From: a virus
Taxonomy: Duplodnaviria; Caudoviricetes
Virus record (IMG/VR): IMGVR_UViG_3300020306_000003
Coordinates: 1 to 42,936 of that record
Reading direction: 5' to 3' (one strand)
DNA: 42,936 bases
The notes below the pieces were generated by a model. That model worked only from the letters and a program-made list of their open reading frames with translations, was not told where the DNA came from and made no database searches. Position 1 is the stretch's first letter, and each line of letters begins with the position of its first letter. Position numbers and translations under genes: made by a program. Positions 37,512-42,936 of the stretch are shown piece by piece.

Positions 37512-37584
37512 TGGGGGTCGAGAGGATCGAACTCTCCTGAGCCAAATTATGAGTTTGGTGCGTTCACCAGATCGCTAGACCCCC
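37512..37584 (-). tRNA. tRNA with CAT anticodon (Ile2-lysidine or elongator Met), CCA not encoded
   Basis: Acceptor GGGGGTC/GACCCCC, D arm GCG..TGG..CGC, anticodon arm CCAAA-CTCATAA-TTTGG, T arm GAGAG-TTCGATC-CTCTC, discriminator A; lacks initiator features. Confidence 0.92.
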
Positions 37585-38417
37585 ACAAGAGCATTGTAAG
37601 CATTCGCATGTTCAGATCCATCCATATGAACATATCTAGTACACATCTGAGGATTGCTGTGACCTAACCAAGCAGCGATTTCTATGTTGGTGCAACCCTT
37701 TAGACCTAGATTTGTTGCACATGTATGTCTTGTTGCCTTAATGATAAAAGTCTTGGAAATACCACATTCATCTAGGGCTCGTCGCACCGCATGATGCAAT
37801 TCATTGTCTGATAAAGGCCAAACCAGCTCTCCTCTCATATTTAAAATCTGTTCAACGGCAGCTTTTAAAGCTTTAGGAGTTAAAGGAAGAGTTCTATTTC
37901 CTGTTTTGTTATCGTTATTGGCTTTAAAAAAAGAAACTAATCCTCTTTTTAAGCAGTAATCAGCTTTGGTGTGCCTTCTCATCTCAACAGGTCTGCAACC
38001 CATCTCACATAAAAAAACTAATTCCCTTGCTACATCCTTTCTATTTACTCTTCTCAAATATTCAACGCACAAATCAATTTCATTCTGAGTCCAAATAATT
38101 TGCTTGCGATTTTTAACTGGTAAATTTTTTGGAAATTGAGGTAAGTTTCTTACTCTGCCGTGGACAAGAGCCATTTCTTGAAAAACTCTTAGCTTGCTTG
38201 TCTTGTTATTAATTGTTGCAGGCAAATTATCTTTATATTCGGCTAAAAAATGCCTGTAATCCATAAATCTTCCAGCATCAATATCTTCTACTGGAGTATT
38301 AGGCCCAAAATAATTAACTGCTTCTAAGGCATAAATTCTTGTTGTTCTGGCTCCAGATTGATTTTTCCATTGATGAAGCCAAGCATCCTTAAATGCTTCC
38401 TTGATTGTGTAAGGCAT
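37575..38417 (-). CDS. int: Tyrosine recombinase / integrase
   Basis: GCR, KATRH (K in place of H in HxxR), WLGH, TRYV; 280 aa, apparently no arm-binding domain. Confidence 0.93.
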   Translation of the reverse strand: MPYTIKEAFKDAWLHQWKNQSGARTTRIYALEAVNYFGPNTPVEDIDAGRFMDYRHFLAEYKDNLPATINNKTSKLRVFQEMALVHGRVRNLPQFPKNLPVKNRKQIIWTQNEIDLCVEYLRRVNRKDVARELVFLCEMGCRPVEMRRHTKADYCLKRGLVSFFKANNDNKTGNRTLPLTPKALKAAVEQILNMRGELVWPLSDNELHHAVRRALDECGISKTFIIKATRHTCATNLGLKGCTNIEIAAWLGHSNPQMCTRYVHMDGSEHANAYNALVGV

Positions 38418-38427
38418 TGGTCGTGGT
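38417..38427 (-). promoter_or_regulatory. ACCACGACCA(A) leader motif abutting the int ATG
   Basis: One of six copies in early-gene leaders. Confidence 0.75.
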
Positions 38428-38438
38428 TTGTTTAGTTT

Positions 38439-38681
38439 TTATTTCCAGTTTTTTAAATATGGTTTCATTCGGTCTAAGAATTTTTGTGCTGTTGCTTTAG
38501 TGACATGATCTTCGCCCATAGATTCTCTTTCTTTATTAAGAATTAATTGCAATTCTTTAAGAGCTTCTTTTTCAGGCAAAGAATTAAGCGTTTTAAACAT
38601 ATTTAAAGCATCTACAAATGATTGAGGAATCATGGTTCCATCAATACTTGCAAAAGAATCGGGAATTTCAGGATTAGTCAT
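38439..38681 (-). CDS. Hypothetical protein
   Basis: 80-aa ORF with the leader motif abutting its ATG. Confidence 0.75.
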   Translation of the reverse strand: MTNPEIPDSFASIDGTMIPQSFVDALNMFKTLNSLPEKEALKELQLILNKERESMGEDHVTKATAQKFLDRMKPYLKNWK

Positions 38682-38691
38682 TGGTCGTGGT
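38681..38691 (-). promoter_or_regulatory. ACCACGACCA(A) leader motif
   Basis: Abuts ATG 38681. Confidence 0.75.
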
Positions 38692-38699
38692 TTTGTGGG

Positions 38700-39017
38700 T
38701 TAGATACCCTCAAGCGATCTGATCTTTGCTTTGCCTTTTTTAGAGAGCCTGACTCTGTATCTTCTGCCTTCCTCTGGGTCTATATAGATCTCTACAAGGC
38801 CAAGACAAGTTTCACGATGGCGAACAGTTTCACTGAGGGTGTGGACAATTCTTGAGGCTGATGCATTTGTTACATCAAACCTCTCTTCTATATCTCGATA
38901 CGTGCAACTCCCTTTTTCCGCAATGAATAAAAGAACTTGTGCGTGATGCACTGGAAAATTACCTGGGGCAAGAGAGCCCAATGATTCAAGAGCAGTTGAG
39001 AGTTTAGATAAATCCAT
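38700..39017 (-). CDS. MarR-like winged-helix regulator
   Basis: QVLLFIAE...TYRDIEE...TNASASRIV..L...GLV....DPEEGRRYRVRLSKKGK. Confidence 0.88.
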   Translation of the reverse strand: MDLSKLSTALESLGSLAPGNFPVHHAQVLLFIAEKGSCTYRDIEERFDVTNASASRIVHTLSETVRHRETCLGLVEIYIDPEEGRRYRVRLSKKGKAKIRSLEGI

Positions 39018-39178
39018 TTTTCAGTAGGAGGTGATCTCTTGCGACTCACGGTTCCTTCAATTCGTATTTGTTTACGATCCTGAAGGGGATGTTTGTAAAT
39101 AGCAAGATGGATCTCCCCAGTACGAATTGGGCAAATCAGGCTAAATATACATCTCACCTGTTCGTTAATGTGGTTCAT
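38888..39178 (-). CDS. Possible hypothetical protein
   Basis: 96-aa ORF downstream of a 15-bp motif copy, but overlaps the MarR-like gene by 130 nt. Confidence 0.35.
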   Translation of the reverse strand: MNHINEQVRCIFSLICPIRTGEIHLAIYKHPLQDRKQIRIEGTVSRKRSPPTEKWIYLNSQLLLNHWALLPQVIFQCITHKFFYSLRKKGVARIEI

Positions 39179-39208
39179 GCGACCACCTTATTAGGATTGA
39201 GATATAAG

Positions 39209-39223
39209 TTTACAGGGTCGTGG
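39209..39223 (-). promoter_or_regulatory. 15-bp motif copy CCACGACCCTGTAAA
   Basis: 13/15 identical to the copy at 30864-30878; lies between the two MarR-like genes. Confidence 0.5.
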
Positions 39224-39359
39224 AGTTCCCGTACTGTCTGATTCTCAAGATTGTGATCTCTGTTTCCCATGATGTGACTTGTTTTACAACGCTGTAACCT
39301 TCGTTTACCAAAAGGCCGTAATGAACATCGTTTTAGTTCCGATCTGTAAAGCAATATGA

Positions 39360-39716
39360 CTAAGCAAGGCCAACTTGCTTCATCAAGTCTTCTCCAGTTT
39401 TAGATAAAGAGACTTGATATTTTGGTGCTCCAACTTTTGCAGTCTGGACAAACTTTCTATTTAAAAGATGAATATCAGGTCTAATTAATCCATCTTTACC
39501 GACTCGTGGAGTCATTCTTTCGACAACTCTGGCAATAGATCCATTGTTTGTATTGGTTAAGGTTGCCAGCTCTTCATAAGTTCGAGGCTTGATTGCAACT
39601 TGCAGCATGACCTCGACCTGGAGTGCTGAAGGGCAGGTATGTTTTCTGCTGTTATATCTAAGAGTTTTTAGCAACTCCGACATAGCAGTTAAGGTTTTTT
39701 CTTTAGGCATAGCCAT
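39360..39716 (-). CDS. Second MarR-like winged-helix protein
   Basis: LQVEVMLQVA...TYEELA...NNGSIARVV...YQVSLSKTG; aligns by eye with 38700-39017. Confidence 0.8.
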   Translation of the reverse strand: MAMPKEKTLTAMSELLKTLRYNSRKHTCPSALQVEVMLQVAIKPRTYEELATLTNTNNGSIARVVERMTPRVGKDGLIRPDIHLLNRKFVQTAKVGAPKYQVSLSKTGEDLMKQVGLA

Positions 39717-39859
39717 ATCAAATAAGCTCCAAATCCAAAAACGACAAATGGTTCAATTAGAAACATCACACAATAAATAAAAGCGGGGACGATTACCACG
39801 CCCCCAGTTACTAATAATGTGTGACCTACTAATGCTTTAGGTAGATCTTTTTTTTCCAC
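39689..39859 (-). CDS. 56-aa two-TM membrane protein (MEKKDLPKALVGHTLLVTGGVVIVPAFIYCVMFLIEPFVVFGFGAYLIWLCLKKKP)
   Basis: Read by hand; GTG start with GGAGG 9 nt upstream; fills the gap between ORFs. Confidence 0.65.
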   Translation of the reverse strand: MEKKDLPKALVGHTLLVTGGVVIVPAFIYCVMFLIEPFVVFGFGAYLIWLCLKKKP

Positions 39860-40010
39860 TCTTTTTAACCTCCTCCTGACGCTTTATTGATTCAGCCAAT
39901 AAAAGATCAAAAGCTGCAATGATCTTGTCGATCTTGTTGTTGATTGTTCCGACTGAATTACGAAGCAAATGCAGCTCCTTCTCGATCTCTGAGTTGTACT
40001 GTTTAGGCAT
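39837..40010 (-). CDS. Small coiled-coil hypothetical protein
   Basis: ATG 40010 with AGGAG upstream preferred to 40028. Confidence 0.65.
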   Translation of the reverse strand: MPKQYNSEIEKELHLLRNSVGTINNKIDKIIAAFDLLLAESIKRQEEVKKSGKKRST

Positions 40011-40386
40011 TAGTTTTCTCCTTTGCACAATGTTCGCAATAAATAGTCAGTGGTTTTTTTGTAAGAATTGCAGCTAAAAATAAAACGGCAAGCATAGAAG
40101 GTGGCTGTAATTCATTAATAGGGAAAGTATGATCACTAAAATCATCATCCATAAATTCAATTCCATCCTCAAAACAAGCAATCATCGTGCTTAATGCAGC
40201 ATCTATTGATTTGTTTGTTCTTCCTGGTTTTAACTGACAAATAGAAAAACCAGTTCGACCATCAATATGTTGAACGTGCATAGGCCGAAAGCTATCTACA
40301 TCTAAACCAGCGGCCTCTATTCCTGCGGTTAAATGATTTGCGAATGATTGGGCATTAACTCCCAATGCTGGGTTTTCTTTAGTCAT
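40003..40386 (-). CDS. Hypothetical protein
   Basis: 127-aa ORF, C-terminal CxxC. Confidence 0.7.
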   Translation of the reverse strand: MTKENPALGVNAQSFANHLTAGIEAAGLDVDSFRPMHVQHIDGRTGFSICQLKPGRTNKSIDAALSTMIACFEDGIEFMDDDFSDHTFPINELQPPSMLAVLFLAAILTKKPLTIYCEHCAKEKTNA

Positions 40387-40409
40387 TTAAGCAATAAAAA
40401 AGTGAACAG

Positions 40410-40448
40410 TAAAAAAGAAATGCCAGTTAGCACCCGTATTTCCTGGCA
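40410..40448 (-). terminator. Possible intrinsic terminator after the first four early genes
   Basis: TGCCAG..CTGGCA stem with a large loop, then TTTCTTTTTT on the - strand. Confidence 0.45.
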
Positions 40449-40457
40449 TTGATTAAA

Positions 40458-40499
40458 GATGACTTGCTCCTGGGCCTGTAAAAGACCCAGAGCATCATC
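40458..40499 (-). other. Long interrupted hairpin (RNase III-site-like)
   Basis: GATGA-TGCTC-TGGGTCT / AGGCCCA-GAGCA-TCATC. Confidence 0.55.
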
Positions 40500-40528
40500 A
40501 GTTTCGGTGCTGTATTCGCTTATTTGTT

Positions 40529-41158
40529 TCATAGCCTTATTTGTATAGGCATTAACAGATACTCCAGATCGAAACCTTCTAACCCTTCAACATCACAACA
40601 GGCAGTAAAAAGAATTGGAGTTGTAGGATGATTAGTCACCATTTTCAAAGTTCCATTAGAGTATTTAGTCACCATTTGACAAAACTCTGAAAGATATTTT
40701 GAACTAAAAGCAATAGGTTTTTTAGGCTCATTGCTGAAAGAATCAGGAAATAATTGATTGTAGTTAGGGTAAACACCATCAAAATCCTGTAACTGATGTC
40801 TTTTTTCTAATAGATCTTTATGCTTTCCTTTTCCTCCTATAAATTCAATTGCGTTATCAGTACCGATAATTACATCCTTTGCATAGTTAACTTTTTTCTT
40901 AAATAGTTTGGCATCTAGTTTTAAGCCTATTGAACTATTGACCTTATAAAGATCACTAGCAGTTTTAAAAGGCATGACAAACCTAAAAAGTCTATGTCCA
41001 TCAGTGGATGCAATCTCAATACCTTTATCTGATTTGGTGGCATAGATACATTGAAGCAGTCGTTTTGCCTCGTCAGTACTCGCAAACTGAGCCGCAATAT
41101 GGAGAATAGGAGCCGGTAAACAGGCTTCAATGCCTGTAACCTCCTTATCTGTGGTCAT
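40529..41158 (-). CDS. DNA polymerase III beta-clamp (DnaN)-like protein, partial length
   Basis: IASTDGHRL, DGVYPNYNQLFP, IAFSSKYL, YLLMPIQI match clamp motifs; start ATG 41158 or TTG 41182, since the ORF-track start 41269 crosses a hairpin. Confidence 0.82.
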   Translation of the reverse strand: MTTDKEVTGIEACLPAPILHIAAQFASTDEAKRLLQCIYATKSDKGIEIASTDGHRLFRFVMPFKTASDLYKVNSSIGLKLDAKLFKKKVNYAKDVIIGTDNAIEFIGGKGKHKDLLEKRHQLQDFDGVYPNYNQLFPDSFSNEPKKPIAFSSKYLSEFCQMVTKYSNGTLKMVTNHPTTPILFTACCDVEGLEGFDLEYLLMPIQIRL

Positions 41159-41196
41159 TATCGGCCGTGTAGTAGTAGTCAAAATAAAAAACTCCT

Positions 41197-41207
41197 TTGG
41201 TCGTGGG
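41197..41207 (-). promoter_or_regulatory. Leader motif variant CCCACGACCAA
   Basis: Upstream of the clamp-like gene; one mismatch. Confidence 0.65.
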
Positions 41208-41226
41208 TTTAAATAGATACTCTCAA

Positions 41227-41268
41227 TGAGAGCATCAGGGAACCCCGAAGGGCTCCAGGATGCCGTCA
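41227..41268 (-). repeat. Intergenic UUCG hairpin repeat, copy 3
   Basis: TGA-GCATC-GGAGCCC-TTCG-GGGTTCC-GATGC-TCA on the - strand. Confidence 0.85.
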
Positions 41269-41775
41269 ATCTTCGGGCTCCAATGATGGATCAAAGCAGC
41301 TCAAAGCCTGAGTACTGTAAATGCAGTCAATCCCATAACTACTAGTTAAGTATTCTTCTCGGTAGATATACAATGATGATCCCCTGCAATCGTCCTGAAC
41401 GAACAATTTATTCAAAGGATCTCGGCTTGTGATGGCCTTGGTTACTACATCGACAATTTCTTTCTCTTTATCTTCTGTTTTAAATCTATGGACAAAATGT
41501 TTTCCATCTAATCGGCTGCGTCCTGTAACTCTGCCGTAGATGTTTCCATCATCCTCGTCCCTGTAGATAGTGCCGTTTGTCACATCTTCAAACCAGAGCT
41601 GCAACCATTTGTCCATTTTTCCAAATTCTTTGAACATAGCCGCAGGGATGTTGTACCTCTCCATTGCAATGATTGTTTTTTTCTCGTAGTCAATCAAAGC
41701 GTTTTTGTGTTGCTCTGCTACTTGCTCAGGAGTCAAGCCCCAGGCGTTCACATTGTCTATTTTTAAATCCTCCAT
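41266..41775 (-). CDS. Early hypothetical protein
   Basis: 169-aa ORF flanked by the leader motif and a hairpin. Confidence 0.8.
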   Translation of the reverse strand: MEDLKIDNVNAWGLTPEQVAEQHKNALIDYEKKTIIAMERYNIPAAMFKEFGKMDKWLQLWFEDVTNGTIYRDEDDGNIYGRVTGRSRLDGKHFVHRFKTEDKEKEIVDVVTKAITSRDPLNKLFVQDDCRGSSLYIYREEYLTSSYGIDCIYSTQALSCFDPSLEPED

Positions 41776-41792
41776 AAGAAAAAATAAAAGGT

Positions 41793-41803
41793 TTGGTCGT
41801 GGT
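41793..41803 (-). promoter_or_regulatory. ACCACGACCAA leader motif
   Basis: 17 nt upstream of ATG 41775. Confidence 0.75.
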
Positions 41804-41868
41804 TTAAATCAGGCCTAAAAGCTCTTAGTAGGACTAACCCACAATGTTTAGACCTGAAGTGATGCGTG

Positions 41869-41910
41869 TGAGAGCATCAGAGAGCCCCGAAGGGCTCTGA
41901 GATACCATCA
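41869..41910 (-). repeat. Intergenic UUCG hairpin repeat, copy 2
   Basis: TGA-GTATC-AGAGCCC-TTCG-GGGCTCT-GATGC-TCA; compensatory changes relative to copy 3. Confidence 0.85.
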
Positions 41911-42249
41911 GTGCAATAAATCAGCTAGTCCCAAATCCTTCCAGGCTTGTTCCTGCTTATCGTCGAGCATTGGGTCGATGTTCAACTTGTCATCGTTGTC
42001 TGCGTACCATTTAGCAGTAGACCGCATCAGGTCGACAAACTCTTCCTTATTCGGTGCAATTGAAACGGTTACATCACCTTCAACAAAGCCAACCAATTTA
42101 AAATCAAATGGATTGGCCCAATGGCCGTAATAGGAGGCGTCCTGCTTTGTATCAACTTGGGAGTATCCCTGAGAAGGTCTGCACAAATCAAAGTCAAAGC
42201 GGTATCTATCGCCGCACTCAATGAAATAAGTCTCTTTTTTAATTGCCAT
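41908..42249 (-). CDS. Early hypothetical protein
   Basis: 113-aa ORF; DRYRFDF...QVDTKQDASYYGHWANP. Confidence 0.8.
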   Translation of the reverse strand: MAIKKETYFIECGDRYRFDFDLCRPSQGYSQVDTKQDASYYGHWANPFDFKLVGFVEGDVTVSIAPNKEEFVDLMRSTAKWYADNDDKLNIDPMLDDKQEQAWKDLGLADLLH

Positions 42250-42259
42250 TTAAAAACCT

Positions 42260-42270
42260 TTGGTCGTGGT
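42260..42270 (-). promoter_or_regulatory. ACCACGACCAA leader motif
   Basis: 10 nt upstream of ATG 42249. Confidence 0.75.
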
Positions 42271-42278
42271 AATACTGG

Positions 42279-42320
42279 AGAGCCCAGCGTGGAACCCCGA
42301 AGGGCTCCAGGATGAGTTCA
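42279..42320 (-). repeat. Intergenic UUCG hairpin repeat, copy 1
   Basis: GGAGCCC-TTCG-GGGTTCC core just after the stop of 42318-42635. Confidence 0.8.
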
Positions 42321-42635
42321 AACAGGGCTTAACTCTTCTATCTTTCTCATTACCTGATTAAATGAATAATCAGCCTTTGCTGGGTAGCGGTCATAATCTC
42401 TTATTTTTGAGTGACCGTCTTCAAAGCAATCAAACCAATCTGGCTGCTTGCCATGCTTTGCTTTATAAGCAGCAATAAACAAACTTGCGTCTTGGTCTTC
42501 CTCTAAATAAACCTGTTCATCTTTTAAATAACTAAAGCGAGAAACATAATGCTCAATCTCTAATTCATCTAAAAGACGTACAGGCACTTGTAGCCACCCA
42601 TGACCGCCGTCATGGTGAAAACTAAACTGTTTCAT
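42318..42635 (-). CDS. First early gene, hypothetical protein
   Basis: 105 aa; DGGHGWLQVP...YLEED pattern. Confidence 0.8.
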   Translation of the reverse strand: MKQFSFHHDGGHGWLQVPVRLLDELEIEHYVSRFSYLKDEQVYLEEDQDASLFIAAYKAKHGKQPDWFDCFEDGHSKIRDYDRYPAKADYSFNQVMRKIEELSPV

Positions 42636-42649
42636 TTTTCAAGGTTCTG

Positions 42650-42659
42650 TGGTCGTGGT
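42650..42659 (-). promoter_or_regulatory. ACCACGACCA leader motif
   Basis: 14 nt upstream of ATG 42635. Confidence 0.75.
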
Positions 42660-42859
42660 TGCAAGCGGACTAATGGCAGAGGCCTAGTCATTGAAGAATG
42701 GCAGTCTTGTTGCCGCTTGCTTCCCATTAATAACGAATACTCCACACCCCTGCAGACTTTACCTTTAAAGCTTAACACTCTGTAACTTTCACAGCTCACC
42801 AACACTCGCGGCGGGCTCTCACTTGTGCGTATGCCTGTCAGTCTCCTTTGGAGCTGAGC

Positions 42860-42936
42860 CAGTAATAAGACCAGGGTGAAGAGCTGATGCGAATTTATTA
42901 TTCGCAGCCAAGTCAGTCCCTCACAGCCCCTATGCC
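42860..42936 (+). repeat. 77-bp exact terminal repeat, copy 2 (probable assembly overlap)
   Basis: Identical to 1-77. Confidence 0.95.

Larger units (their letters stand above)
1..42859. mobile_element. Complete circular genome of a T7-like (Autographiviridae-type) podovirus, probably a temperate cyanophage lacking DNA polymerase
   Basis: T7-type portal-scaffold-capsid-tubeA-tubeB-internal protein-fibre block, single-subunit RNAP, gp4-like primase-helicase, integrase; 77-bp end overlap; several cyanophage-like hypothetical genes. Confidence 0.95.

Noticed and set aside
41183-41269. N-terminal extension of the clamp-like ORF
   Set aside because: It spans the intergenic UUCG hairpin and the leader motif
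41227-42320. Spaced repeats as a CRISPR array
   Set aside because: The repeats are separated by whole genes of unequal length, and there are no cas genes
30030-42785. Short + strand or nested ORFs in the - arm (e.g. 30030-30230, 32491-32772, 34718-34960, 38622-38855, 42121-42315, 42600-42785)
   Set aside because: They overlap confident genes or structured spacers and have no coding support
42860-42936. 77-bp terminal direct repeat as the biological T7-type terminal repeat
   Set aside because: Its length equals a standard assembler k-mer, so it indicates circular assembly, not physical ends

Overview
The window is an apparently complete, circularly assembled 42,859-bp genome of a T7-like (Autographiviridae-type) podovirus, probably temperate and probably infecting marine picocyanobacteria. 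Bases 1-77 are repeated at 42860-42936, which looks like an assembler overlap. The genes form two opposed arms. The + arm carries terminase, portal, scaffold, capsid, tail, internal virion proteins and fibres. The - arm carries early genes, two MarR-like regulators, integrase, a tRNA(CAU), single-subunit RNA polymerase, SSB, RusA, primase-helicase, exonuclease and exported proteins. I found no DNA polymerase, ribonucleotide reductase, psbA/hli or recognisable endolysin, but there is a beta-clamp-like protein and a stand-alone NrdR-type zinc ribbon. Four non-coding signals stand out. (1) A candidate ~80-nt small RNA (942-1024) has a hairpin loop exactly complementary to a 10-11-nt motif in the translation-initiation regions of six early genes, including the integrase. 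(2) A candidate attP is only a tRNA(CAU) anticodon arm and lies next to a complete, divergent phage tRNA(CAU) that overlaps the integrase stop codon. (3) A recurring 15-bp promoter/operator motif occurs on both strands. (4) Covarying UUCG hairpins separate the early genes. All family assignments come from reading motifs by eye; no searches were run.
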